From NCBI GenBank assembly GCA_016748015.1, contig JAAOMT010000503.1, forward strand, positions 397,669-461,668: 64,000 bases of DNA, written 5' to 3'. Origin of the DNA: Geosiphon pyriformis uo1 (taxonomy: Eukaryota; Fungi; Glomeromycota). The notes under the pieces were generated by a model, which ran no database searches, was not told the DNA's origin, and saw nothing but the letters and a program-made list of their open reading frames with translations. The position numbers and the translations under genes are program-made. Below are positions 13,555 to 26,677 of this stretch, piece after piece (the stretch's first letter is position 1; every line of letters starts with the position of its first letter).

Positions 13555-14527
13555 TGTTACCAGAGATTTTTGGTCTCTTTTCTTGTATGTTGTTAATGTT
13601 GATTTGCTGTGAATTCACGTTTTCAGAAAGTAGTTGGACCTTCAGTAACTGAATTTATCTTCTAATTATCTCCTATAATTTGAATTGCTGGGCTTATAAG
13701 TAGAATGGCCAATTCCTTGCCAGTTACTTTATGTAGTTATGTTGTAGTAAACATTAACTCTTTCCCAGAAATTGCTCGTCTGAAAGCTCACTAAAAATGT
13801 GTAGTTACTTTGCTGTGAAAGTCAACTTTTCTACAAGAATCTTGTCTGTAGACTACCCAAATAATTATGATAAGAAAAGAAAAGAAAAATATAAAAAATA
13901 TAAAAGAAATAGAATTCTGTCAAGAGAAACGTTTTCTATTCAGGCCTGGAGTCACTAACAGTTTATTGAAATTGGTAGCTAATCAATTTCAAAACATTAG
14001 TTGTGTTGAGGGAATTTCAAGTGTAATAATTTAAGAATTTGGTTTTCAAATATTTAATTTTTATTTGATTTTGTAAAAAGGTGATTTGTTTCAATTAAGA
14101 TATCTAAAGTAGGATACTATAATAAGATACTATGAAAAGATACATTTTTCTGAAGAGAAAAGCTCTTCTTTTATACAACTTGTTGTAGTACTATTCTTTG
14201 AACTTGCACTTTTCTCTTTTCTTCAATTTGGGTGAACTAAAGATATATTTCGGCGAATTTACAAGTTATTTCACTGAACTATTGATTATTTCGACGAATT
14301 TTCATTAATTTCGGCGAATTTTGGCTATGTTAAATAGTTCAGGGTATTGTGTAATTTGATCATCTTAATTTCTAGAGTACAAATTGGATTATTGATTAAG
14401 TAATAATATTTGATAATTTGATTAAATAATAAGTGATACTTGAAATAATAATAATGTATGCTACTTAATGATAGGAATTATGAAGGTAATTTCATGCTAA
14501 TTAATAGCTAAAATTCCACTAGTAACA
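13555..14527 (-). repeat. Gypsy A 5' LTR
   Basis: Direct repeat of 4634-5606; followed on the element strand by decayed PBS TAGTGCTCTT. Confidence 0.96.
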
Positions 14528-15443
14528 ATGTCTATGCTGTTTTTAAAAGAAAACAGAAAAACAACTTGGTTTTTAGTATTATTTAAATACTTGTGTTTAA
14601 ATAATTGGTAATATTTTTTAACAATAGCTTGTTAATTAGGACTATTAACTACATAAAAAAACCAAAACATATTGTTATTAGTAGACAATTTTGCTAATTA
14701 CAATTATAATACAAAATTTATTACAAATATTTATATTAAACAGTTTGTATCTAACTTAATAACACATATTTAGTCTATAAATATTGAAATTATTTATTGT
14801 TTTAAGACATATTACTATTATTATTATTATTTACTATATATTAGATTTTTTTAATAATAGTGCCAATAATATTTATGTAATCAACTAACTTCAAACAATG
14901 TGTTTAATTTATAGAACATAGAAAAATGTTTCAAATAAAATAATTGTTTATTGTTAGCACAAAGTTGGCATTTTTCTAATTAATACAAATAACAACTTTT
15001 AGAATAAAACTACAAACTCGAAAATAATAATTAATTATAATCAAAAAATAATATTAATAAAAATTAAGAATTATTACAAAAAGTTCAATTGCATATAGCT
15101 AAATTGTACATATTTATTAATTGAAAACTTGATAAATCTATTTGAAAAAAACAATACAATTACTTTAGAACATCTGAATGATAATAAGATTATAAACTAT
15201 ATTATAACAAATCATAAAATAAAACATAATAGCTTTAATAAAAAACAAAAAATACAAAAAGTAATAAATATTAAGAATATACTAATTGTTATTACAAATT
15301 TTAAACAGTTTATAAAACTTAAAAATAGCAAAGAATTTTATGATGTAGTTAATAAGTTTACTTATATTAAATATATATTTCATAAAAGAATACAAGATAA
15401 ATAAAAACAAATAATTATTATAAGTTTTTTTAATATTGCATAA
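14528..15443 (+). pseudogene. pogo/Tigger-type transposase fossil, C-terminal half (DDE_1 domain, PIP-box-like tail)
   Basis: Continues the left half across TSD ATGT: decayed PRCF..KQLGF.YY.N..AWM...IF, NILLLVDNFA, SNLITHI*SINIEIIYCFKTYY (cf. PNxTxxxQPxDxGIIxxFKxxY), and KQIIIISFF (QxxIxxFF) before the TAA at 15441-15443. Confidence 0.8.
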
Positions 15444-17381
15444 ACTATTTAAAAATTCCTATAAAAATATGCAAATAATTTATTTTTTAATAATATTATA
15501 TCTATTTTTATTATATATATACTATATATACTTAAATTTAAGAAAACTTATAATATTTAATTTTATTATAATTATAAATGAAATAACAAAAACATAATAA
15601 TAAATTTTAATCTAAATTGGTTTTTGGATTTATTATTTAATATATTGATTTTTATTAATTTTAAAAACAAAACAAATTATATTTTTATATGTATTTTTAA
15701 TTAATTAATTTATTAAGTTATTTAATTTAAAGAATTAAACTAATTAAATAAAAACTAAAACTATTTTTTTTGGTTTTTTAATAATAATAATATTAATAAT
15801 ATTTAAAAAACAATTATTAATTATTAAAATTTTTCTGAATAAATAGTTTTTATTTTAATGTTTAATGTTTTTTTAAATTAAAATTGGCTTATATTAAGAC
15901 TGTTTTTTAGTTTAAACATTATTTTATTAATGTAAAATTAATATTTAAAAATAATATAAAACAGTTTTATATAAAATTTGTCTTTTTATTTTTTTACTTT
16001 TAAAATTGCTAGGTTTTTGGTAATTTTATTAATAAAATTAAGATTATACTTAATATTTTTGATAAAATCTCTTAAATAATATTAAAATTTGTTAATATTT
16101 AATAATATATTGTTATTTGTTTTAAAATTTTTAATATAAATATAGCTGTTTTAATTAATTGATTAATTTTGGTAATTAAAAACAATATTAAATTTTTTTT
16201 ATTAATATAAAAAAAATTATTATTTTTATAATATGTTTAAAATTAAGTTAATTAATTTTTTTTAATTATATAACTTTTGAAATTAGTAAATTAATTTTTT
16301 AAGTTTATAATTATATTTGTTTTATTCTTTGTTTTTTTAATTATTTTAGTAATTATATATAATTATTATTTTTGTTTTTAAGAAACTTAAATATTGTAAT
16401 TATAAAAATTAATATTATTATGTTTAAAAAAATTTTTTTTATTAATTAAAATTATTTGGTTTTAATTTTAATCTTTTTTTTTAAGTTTTTATTTGAATTT
16501 GTAATTAGTTTTAAAGTTTTTAAATTTTGTTTTATTAATACTAAGTTTTATATTAAGACTTTTGTTTTTTTTGTTATTTTGTCTTTAATTATCTTTGTTA
16601 TTATTAATATTATTAATTTTTTGGTTGATTTTTAATTGGTTTTTTTAAATTAAAATTAATTCTATTGATTTCACTAATTAAATTTGTTATTAAACTTATT
16701 AGTATTTTAATTTTTTGGTAATTAAATTAATGTTTTTTTTTGTTTTATATATTAAATTAAAAAACAATTGTATTGTAATTAGAAAAAAAAATTAATATTT
16801 TTAAAAATAAAAAAATAAAAAAATTAATAAATTTAAAACAAAATATATTAAAGATAATATATAAATGTTTTAAGCAATAAAGTTAATAAAAAAATATTTG
16901 TTTAAATAATTATTTTTTAAAAGCTTTAAACTTTTAAAATTAAGTTAAACATAAATAATAGTATTAAATAAATAAGTATAATAATAAAAATAATTGTATT
17001 TTGGTCATTTATATATATAAAATGTTTTTTTAAAGTAAATTTTTCTTATTAAATTTAATATAATATGATTTTAATTAAATTTAATAATAAATAAACTTGA
17101 TATTTTTTTTAATTTTATAAGTAATTATATTTTTTTATAATATTATAAATTATATTCATATAATAATATTATTTTTAAAAATATTATATAGCTTTTGTAA
17201 AATAATAATATAAAATCTTAATATCTTTATATACTTTTAAAGATATATAGTTACAAAATAATACTTTTTTGTTAATAATATTTATATTATCTTTAAATAT
17301 AATACTTTTAAAAAACTTGTATTAAAAAATTGATAACAAAAAACAACAATTTAATTAACAAATTGCTTTTTTATTATATAT
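15444..17381. other. Extremely AT-rich DNA, probably end-stage decayed repeat; continues at 27356-27930
   Basis: Almost no C or G and no ORF of 60 aa or more in the track. It is the host site of Gypsy B. Origin not identifiable. Confidence 0.5.
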
Positions 17382-18257
17382 TGTTACAGATAATTATTTG
17401 GAGTCTCAAGTCAAATAACAAATCCATAACTTGGTGCTTAATTGGTACTCGGATGTTGATATCTGAAGGTTTTGTTGTAAAGTCCTTTGTATAATAGACA
17501 GAGATTTAATTGTTGTCTTTTCCATAGCCTCCCAGAATCGCAATTCTGTTAAATTTCTTTCTCAGCATAGTGGCCAGTAATCTTGACAGAGATGCTCTTC
17601 TGATAAGCTATCTTTAAATTTTCAATTCTTATATCCTTCCTTTGGGGTCTTTTACCAGGCTATCCTTGATGTTAATAACTTAGTGCTTAACTCTTTAATC
17701 AATTAGTAAAACAAAGAAATGAAAACATAAAAGAAATAAAAGAAAATAAAGAAATAAACAAAAGCAATTGCAAGTTAGTATCCTGTCAATAGCCATAATC
17801 AAGAGCTATTGTTCTAGCATGGTTAAGTATTAATTACTATCAACATGAAATGTTGATAATGGAGAGTGGATTTGGATGGTAAATAGTTATTTATTTGATA
17901 TTTGTGAATAAAAGGTTGCTTAAATCAAATCTAAACTGAGAGGTCTGTTTTTTTCTACTTCTAATGCTATCACTATATATACATAATTGATGTTCTATGA
18001 GATCACTCACATTTCTGAGCAATGTGCTATGATTTCTTGAGCAATGCTCACATTGCTAAGCAATGTGCTCTAATTTCTAACATTGCTCCATATTGCTAAG
18101 CAATGTGCCATGTTTTCTGATATTGCTTCACATTGCTGAGCAATGTGCCATGATTTCTGACATTGCTTTACATTGCTAAGCAATGTGCTCATGTGCTAAA
18201 TACTATTCTCTTATTGGTCTGCTATTTTCTATATCTGTTTTCTTTTTATGAGTAATA
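17382..18257 (-). repeat. Gypsy B 3' LTR (876 bp)
   Basis: TGTTAC...GTAATA; matches 26678-27351 apart from internal indels. Confidence 0.94.
18008..18187. repeat. 40-bp tandem array of CACATTGCTNAGCAATGTG palindromes in the B LTR
   Basis: Copies start at 18008, 18049, 18089, 18129 and 18169. Confidence 0.9.
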
Positions 18258-18271
18258 TTATCTCCTTCTTT

Positions 18272-18907
18272 TTAATATTGAGCTCCATTGAAATCTTTGT
18301 TTTGAATTAATTCCAATACTTCTTTTTCAAGTATTGTTTGTTTGACTCTATTTCTTATGTCTTCTACTTGTGTATTGTTTATTCTTCCCCATTGGTTAAT
18401 GGTTATGGTTTCCATGTCAAAGTGTAACAGTATTTCTGAATAGTTTCAAAATATGTTGTATAGTTAGTACATTGTTTTAACATGTAGTGTTGAATTCATT
18501 TTCTTTCCAGTAAATTCTTCAATTTGTTGTATTATGGCTTGGTTGAATATTTTCTTGGATTTGTTGATATACAATTTCTGAATATTCAACTTCCGACCTA
18601 ACTGGTAGTAACAGTATGATATTGGAAGTTGTTCTGTTTATTGCTTCCAATTCTCTTTTGTAAGTTCTTCTGTTGGTGCCATAATAGGTATTTTTCCAAA
18701 AGTATTCTTTACTTTTTCTATTATGTTATCTGACCAGTTTTTATCATTCTTTGGTAATCGCTAATATAGTGTATTCTTTGTCTTTCTTTTGGTGTTTTGA
18801 TAGCAAATTGTTTGGTTGTTAACAATAATTTCCATGTCCAGAGGTTGTTGACTTAAGGCCTAAGATAATTGTTAAGCTATGGTGTAGATATGATCTGGTA
18901 TTTCTAT
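18272..18907 (-). pseudogene. Gypsy B ORF3 homologue
   Basis: Hand translation (I/M)EIPDHIYTIA*QLS*AL...LPISYCYYQLGRKLNIQKLY...DFNGAQY* aligns with D ORF3 FPINYCYY*LGKHLNIQTLY...DFDRAQS*. Confidence 0.8.
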
Positions 18908-18963
18908 TTTATCTTGGTTGTTTTTGTTACATATACTGTGCTCTTATATATTCTTTTGGTTGT

Positions 18964-20333
18964 TCAATTTGACGTGTTTGGTTCAATAATTATGATTGGT
19001 TCCAAATCTCATGGAATCTTATCTGATTGAATTAGTATTCTTTGTACTCTCAGTCATAGAATGTTATTGGTGAATGATGATGCTATCTGGTGATATGGTT
19101 TCAGTTGATCACTATGTGCTGCTTTGGCTAAAATTTTATTGTCTCATCTTAATTTATAAGCTTCATTTCCAAGAATTTCTTCTATGTGAAATAGTCCATT
19201 CTATTTGGGGTCAAATTTTTTACTCTATTGTTTTTCCACTTTGGTATAATGTAGAAGTACTTTGTCTTCAATCTTGAATTCAACTGGTTTATTTGGTAGT
19301 TAGTTATCATGTCATTTTTTTTGCTTTTCTTGTAACTTTTGAATATTGTTAGCTGCTTTTTGTTGTTTGTTTTCTAGAGTTTCCATCAAGTCATATGTTC
19401 TTCTTAGCAAATTATCTTCAGTTATTGGTTCTGTTAGATAAGTGTTGACTTCTATCTCAATTGGTAATGTTGCTGTTCTACTATATACTAATTCAAATAG
19501 TATTGTTTGTGTAGTGTCTTGTTTCATTGTCTGATAAGCAAATAATATTGATGGTATGAACAAATCTCATTGTCTTGGTTTTTTTGACTGATTTTGGCGA
19601 TTGCTTCACACAATGTTCTGTTAAATCTTTCAACTAATCCATTGGTTTGTAGATGGTATGGTGATGACAATAGTCTTTTAACTCCAAATCTTTGACTTAA
19701 TTCTGCCAGTGTTCTGTTCACAAAGTGAGTTTCTTGATCTGATAGTAATTCTTTTGGACATCCATGTTAACAGATCAAATCTTGATAAACAAATTTAGCA
19801 ATGGATTCTGCATCTGCTCTTTGAATGGCTTTTGCTTCTGGCCATTTAGTAAGATAATCCATAGCTACTGCAATATATCTGTTGCCTCTGCTGGTAATTG
19901 TTAATGATCTGACTAAGTCAATTCCAATGTAATCAAATAGTTGTTCCACTTTGATTGGTCTTAATGGTTCACTGGATCTTGTTTTTTCTCTTCTCTGACA
20001 AGCATCACAATTTTAAACATATTAAATAATATCTGGATACATTGATGGCCAATAGTATCTTTTTCTGGTTCTTTTCATGGTTGCTTCTTTATGAAAATGT
20101 TCTGCTGTTAAGTCTGAGTGCATGTTGAATAATATTGTCTCTTTCTCTGATTCTGTAATTACTCTGATTGGTTGATCTGGATTTCTTCTGTTCTTTTGGT
20201 AAAGTATATTTTGATGATTGATAAAATATTTTGATTGTTGTTTTATGTTGTTTTGTTCTTTTTGAAATAATTTCTTCTTGAATGATTGAGCATTTATATA
20301 ATATTGAAGTTGTTAGTATTTTTGTGTATTCAT
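18964..20333 (-). pseudogene. Gypsy B integrase, separate ORF with intact ATG
   Basis: ATG at 20333 (MNTQKY); HSDLTAEH...CDACQ, IGIDLV, NGLVERFNRTL; ends DLEPIIIIEPNTSN*. Confidence 0.88.
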
Positions 20334-20363
20334 GTTTTGTTATATTTTTGGTTTGAAATGTTT

Positions 20364-23300
20364 TTAGATTTGTCTCATTCATGACAATCCGTTAGCATTT
20401 TCATTGTCTTTTCCTTTTTTATAATGTATTGTATAATTAAATAGTGAAAGTTCTATTTTCTATCTGGCATGGTGATTGTCTACAAATTTTTGTTTTTGAA
20501 TTGAAGTTAATCCCTTGTGATCCATATATATTTCAAACTTTTGGCTCAAGTATTCTCTCCATTTTATGACTGTCCAATAGATTGCTAGATGTTCCAGTAC
20601 TGGTGTTCCATAGTTTTTTTCAGCTGGATTTAAGTTTTTACTGGCATAAGCTACTGGATCTTCTTTTCCATCTGGTCTTTTTTGTGATAGTACTGCTCCC
20701 AATGCTTGATCTGATGCATCTGTAGTGATAATAAATGATTTGCTGTGGTCTGGATACATTAACACTGGAGCTTAAATAAGCTTTCTTCTCAATATGTTGA
20801 ATGCTTTTTGTTGAGCTTCAGTCTATTCATACTTCACATTTTTGGTTTGTAAATGGTAAAGCAACTGGACTAGTTTAGAAAAATCCTTAATGAAGCAGTG
20901 ATAATAGTCTGCGAATTCCAAAAATGCCCTTAGTTCTGGCAAGTTTGTTGGTACTAGAAAGTTTTTTACTATTGCAATTTTATCTGGATCCGTTTGATAC
21001 CATCTTTGCTTACCACATGTCCCAAAAACTTGAGCTCAGTTTTGCCAAAGAAGCATTTGTTGGCATTTGGTTTCAATTTTGCTCATCTGAGTCTTTTAAA
21101 TACTTATTAAAGATGATGTAAATGGTCATCAAATGTCTTAGAAAATACATTTGTGTCGTCTAAGTATACAACTACTGATTTCCATAGTAATTCAGTATAG
21201 ACAATTTCCATAAGTTATTAAAATGTTGCTGAAGTGTTCATCAAGCCAAATGGCATGACTTCAAATTTGAAATTCACTTTTCTTGTTGTGAATGCAGTCT
21301 TTTCTTTGTCAGCTGAGTCCATAGCTACTTGCCAGTAGCCACTATCTAAATCTAGTGTTGAAAACCATTTATTTTCTTTAAAAGCATTGAACAGTTCTTG
21401 GATCTTTGGAGTTGGGTAGCTATCTTCTTTGGTTACTCCATTCAATTTCTGGTAATCTACACAAAAGCAAATTTTTCCATTCTTCTTTTGGACTAGTACC
21501 ACTGGTGATGACTATGAATTCATTAATGGCTGAATTAGCCTATTCTCAAGCATCCGATTGATTTCTTGACAAATGATCTCATGGCTAGCTGGTAGTACTC
21601 TGTATGTTCTTTGCTTAATTGGCATTGCATCTCCAGTCTTGATCTGATGCTGGATGATGTTGGTGTGGCCAAATTCATTTTTACTTGCAAAAATGTCATT
21701 GAAATTGCTGAGTAACATTTTTAGTTGCATTTGTTGGAGTGGGTCTAGATTTCCCATGTTCATCTGTTCCAATTGTTTGAGTTGGAACAAATAACATTTG
21801 CTTCGTCTGTAAATGGTTTGTAATGTAATGTCCATATATTCACAAAGCTATGAAAAGTCTGGAATGTGATTTGGTGATTGCTTCTCAACTTTGGTGATCA
21901 AATATCTAATGATGGTTCTCTTTAGTATTTCGATGACATTTTCTGTTGTGTTGTAGATAGAGATTTTTATATTTTTGGGGCTCTTAGCTAATATGTAGAG
22001 ATTAGTGAGTCCAATCTTTCCTGATTCACAAATAGTGGCTTTTGCTTCAAACAACTGAGCTTGATTCTTTATTTTTCTTTTTATGGTTAACATATACTGG
22101 TCATATGATAGAATGGAAATTGTTTAATGAGTTGAGATAATTTCTCCTTTGTTAATAATCTCTTCCTCCACCATATTAATTGGTATATCTATTCTACCCA
22201 TTGATCCAAATCCCTGTATTCCTTTAGCTGTGATCTCTAATTTTTCCCTGTTTCCCACTAACACTAGCTAAGCTACTTTCACCAGAGATAGAAATATTGC
22301 CTGTGCTATCTTTTTATTTGGATCTATGATATATGTTTTTTCTGAGTCATTTTGTAGCATAGCAATAATATTTTCTATGTATTCTGTGTCAATTATTCCT
22401 CCTCTGATGTTGATTCCCTTTTTTGCTAAACTACTCCTGGATGCTAATTGAACCATTGTTGTTGCTGGAATTTCCAGTGCTATTTTCAGATTAATGCAAA
22501 TGTGTGAGTAAGGTTCCAATTTGATGAGATTTTTTCCTAGATATCTCAGATCAAATTCTGTATTAGTACCATGTGTGCATTTAGGCATAATACTTTCATT
22601 ATTATTACTGAACCATTTCAGTTCTTGTTTCTTGGTAAGGTCAGGGAGGGCAATATATGTTTCGGAGTTTGAATTAGGGTCCGAATTGTTGTTATTTTTG
22701 TTGCTGTATTGAGCAGAACTAGAACTGGTGTTTTCATCATTATCATTGTCAGAGTTTAAATTGGGATTGAAAATTGATTCCAATTCTGATGCACAGTTGC
22801 TCATTGGTTCATCTTCTTCTGGAATAATGTAGATCATGTGTGATGGTGAATTGTAAATAAGATCACACTTATTACAATACTTGAAGTCACATGGAATCAA
22901 ACAGTAGTCACATAATTGGGTGTTTATTTCTTCTAAGCATTGTTCCTGTTCTTTTCTAGTGGGTGCTAATTGTTGGTAATATTTATGAAATTCCTCTGAA
23001 TCATCTTCGATGTTGCCAAAGACATCAAAAGTTTGGATGTATTTAGGTTCAGAAAGTGATAAAAGGTTGTTTTTGATTTCCAGTAATTCACTGGTTGTCA
23101 TGCCTTCTGCTTTTGTATATGTCATTCTCCAGAGTTTATGTTTGTCATGGGAATATCCTTCTAATCGTCACAATGCTCTTTTTCAGGTGTCATTGATTGA
23201 AGTGCCTTTGCATACTCAGTCATTAATTAGGATTGTATATTGGCACATTTCATCGCACATTTCTTCTTGTCCAAGAATGTTGTTCCACATTCTTTTATCT

Positions 23301-26300
23301 GGAAGAGTTTTTCCACAAGCTAAACATAGTGTATTATCCTATTTTCCCACTTATTTTGGTCTTCTAAAACATTCAACAAAACATGCGTGGCAATAAAACT
23401 TAGTTGCTGTCTGGTATTCTTCGTCATCATCACAGCATGTATCCATTAACAACAGTTTCTTGTCACAATCGACACATACTAGTTTGGGTCAGCAATAGGT
23501 AGACTGTTGTGATAGAGTGTAGGTGGCTGGAATATAAGTGTTGTTGGCTTGGGTGGTGTCTTTTTCTTTCCCTTTTCCTTTGTTTTTTCCTTTATCTTCT
23601 TCCCACTTCCAATTGGATGTCAGTTCATCATTGTCTGTTTATGTTAAATTGTCAGTCTCTCAGGTGAGTTCTTCTTTTTGTTTTCTTTTTTCTGGCTCAT
23701 CCCATAATAGTATTGGTGGTAGTTCATTGTGATCTTCATTGGCCCAAGACACTTGATAGGCTTCCCAGATAGGTTTTTTCTCTTCTTCTTCTAATTCAAT
23801 GAATGGTGTTGTTGGGGTGAGGATTTTGAAATGACCACACTTGGTGGGTACCTGTGTGTGTTGGCCATTCTGGCTAAGCTGTAGTTTTTGTGTGTTCCAG
23901 TCAAGCACAACATTTGCTTTGACTAACCAGTTATTACCAATTAATGCCTGGTACTGAATAGCTTCTATTACCAAAACTTTGATTAATGTAATAATACCGT
24001 TCACTTCAGAGGGAAAATCATCAATCTCACTGATAGGAGTTTTGGTTGCTCCATCTGCAGTAATGATTTGTGCACTGGCAGCTCAATCAACTTGGCGACC
24101 TAATTGGTCCATGAGTTGTCATGTGATTATACTGTCAGCTGATCTACTGTCTAGGATTAGTTTAATAGCATGGCCATCAACTTTTGTGTCAGTGTACATA
24201 GCGGTGATTGATTTGGTGTCAAGAGCAGCTCCACTAAATAATGGAACTGGTATAGTTTCTTCAAGTTTGAATGGGAAGATTGCTACTAGTGATTTGTCGT
24301 TGGTAACAGTGGCTGAAGGTATATTACTGGTGATTAGTTGTTTTTAGTTGGTTGCTGTGTTGTTGGGTGAGACGTTTTCTGGGATAACCAGAAGACTTAA
24401 ATAGTGTTGTGCATTCGGGTTTTGGCCATACCTGGTGCCTGAATTCTGTTGTCAAAATCCTGATGACAGGTTTACAGAACTGGGGATCGGTTGATGGACT
24501 ACTATTGACAATTTCCAGCTTTGTTGTGTTAATCTTGGTCTTTGAGTTCTATTTTGAGGTAAGTTATGTGGCAGTGTCTGATTTTGTTGGGGTGAATAAT
24601 TTATCTGAGACTGCGGCTGATAAATAGGTTGGGACTGCAGTTGATAAATTGATGCTGAAGGCTGATAGACTAAAGGTGAGTATAATTGCTGTATTATTGG
24701 GGTTTGATATATTGGCTGCATTATAGGTAGGTAATTTGGTTGATATAAAGCTGAGTTTGATTGATTACTGATGTAATTTTGAGTTTGTAGTTGGCAATCA
24801 GAGTTTTGATACTAATTAGTTAATCTTTGGTTGCTTATCTTTTTTCAACATTCAAATTGTAAATGTCTTTGTTTATCACAATAGTGGCATACATGCGTTT
24901 CTTGCTGCCACTGTTGATTGGTCAAGGATGATACTGGATGTGACTGATTTTGGGAGTGATTTCCATTTCCCTGATTGTTGCATCATTGGAGCAGTTGATA
25001 AATGATTTGATTAGTGTTAGCTAAGTATCCCTCTAATTTTTGATTGATTGATTTGCTGATTTGTTTTAATTTGGAATCCAGTTCAGATGGTTTATTCATT
25101 ACTAGATTTACTGCATGGACATGGTTGGCTTCGAGTTCAGTGGTTTCAAAATCTCTGGCATTCATAATAGCAGCTTGAAGATTTACTGGATGCATTGGGT
25201 GAATGTGTTAAAGAATACTACTATGTAGGCCTCTAATAAATTGATTCAGGATCTGTGGCACTGTGAAATAATCAGTCTGTATGGTCTGGATTTGGCACAG
25301 ATTTCTGTTGAAGTATTCTAAGTAAGTGGTAACTGCTTCATTTTCTTCTTGTTTGATGATGGTGAAAGTGTTGACTAGACAGTTGATACTATTATTATTA
25401 CTAAAATATCCCAGGAATGCAACTTTAAATTCCTGGAATGTTTGAGATTTGGCAACTAAACTTTGATACCACAAGTCAGCAGTATCTTATAGAAAATAGA
25501 GGATAGCTTGGAGTGCTCTTGCATTGTTCTATCTATTAACTGTGATGGCTTTTTCAACATTGTTAAGCCAGATTTGGGTGTCATCTTCTTCACCAGTAAA
25601 TTTCTTGAGTTTTGCTATTGGAGTGTAGGCCATTAGATCTAAGTTTGGTTGTTGAAGTTGTTGTTGTGGCTGTTGAAGTGACTGCTGAGATTGTTGAGAG
25701 GGTTGAATTGATTCAATAATTGGTTCAATTAATGGCTGATTAATGATGATTACTGGAGATAAGTTTGGCTGATTAATTGATTTGAGGTTTGAATTGTTTT
25801 GATTTCACAGTGTCTGAATATTTGGGGTTTTGATTTCTGGATTTTCTAAATCTAAATGTTGTTGAGCTTGGAGATTTGGGGTTTCAATTGTTGGATTTTC
25901 TGGGATTGGGTTTTGGTAAGTAAATTCTTAATTCTCAGATTCTTCTTCTTGCTCTTCTTCTGATTTCATTATTTCCTATAAATCAGAGATTCCAAAATCT
26001 GGTGGCAATGGCAGTGATTAAAGTCCTGATGGGGTTGGCGATCATGAATTAAATCCCTCGAAGTATTTATTATATGGTCCTAGTAGATCTGTTTTTCTTT
26101 GTTTACTTTGGAATACAAATCATCCAAATGTTGAGGTTGCATTTAATGTGAATGCATTTGCTAATGTAATATTGATGACACTTCCAGAAGTATAATAATA
26201 TGATGGATTTGTGGATGCTTTAACTCTGTGTTTCTTCCAAATGGGTGGTTGGATCCATTAAGGTGTTACTGCTGGTGTTTGTAGTTTTCCTTTGTCTTTG

Positions 26301-26614
26301 CTTGCGTAGGTAATTGAGTATTTTTGTTGTGTGTGATGTTCAATTTCTTTGTTAATCTCAGTGATGATGGATGCAAAATTATGATTTGTTGATAAGCTGG
26401 TGTTTTGGATTAATTTGTGGTAAAAGATTTTTCTTGCTGATTCAATATTTACTGGTGTTTCTAACAAATAGGCAATTCTTTCGTTGACATAAAAATTGAA
26501 GGCTGATTCTACTGATATATAATTTTGGTTTAATCCCAAATGTTGACAGTAGTGTTGAAATAAGAATTTTGTGAATCCTAAATGGTTTGCTCCTATACTT
26601 TCTGATTCTGCCAC
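20364..26614 (-). pseudogene. Gypsy B gag-PR-Cys-rich-dUTPase-RT-RNase H polyprotein, fragmented
   Basis: GTG start; CHYCDKQRHLQFEC knuckle; LILDS protease; ASRSSLAKKGINIRGGIIDTEY dUTPase; LDLDSGYWQV; YLDD; TTDASDQALGAVLSQ. Ends GLS(R)MRQI*. Confidence 0.92.
22196..22620 (-). pseudogene. dut: dUTPase domain in Gypsy B polyprotein
   Basis: TEFDLRY, ASRSSLA, GGIIDTEY, KIAQAI, KGIQGFGSMG. Confidence 0.9.
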
Positions 26615-26658
26615 TTTTGGGATAGGTGTAGTTGGTGCTAGTTCTCTGTAAAATTATA

Positions 26659-26675
26659 CCTCACAGAGAGCACCA
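26659..26675 (-). promoter_or_regulatory. Gypsy B primer-binding site TGGTGCTCTCTGTGAGG
   Basis: Starts with TGG 2 nt after the 5' LTR; complementary to a tRNA 3' end ...CCUCACAGAGAGCACCA. tRNA identity not determined. Confidence 0.85.
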
Positions 26676-26677
26676 AA

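Larger units (their letters stand above)
4634..14527 (-). mobile_element. Ty3/Gypsy LTR retrotransposon A, full length, decayed (same family as C)
   Basis: Two 973-bp LTRs with TGTTAC...TAACA ends; TSD ATGT (4630-4633 and 14528-14531); PBS, PPT; domain order gag-PR-dUTPase-RT-RH-IN. Confidence 0.97.
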
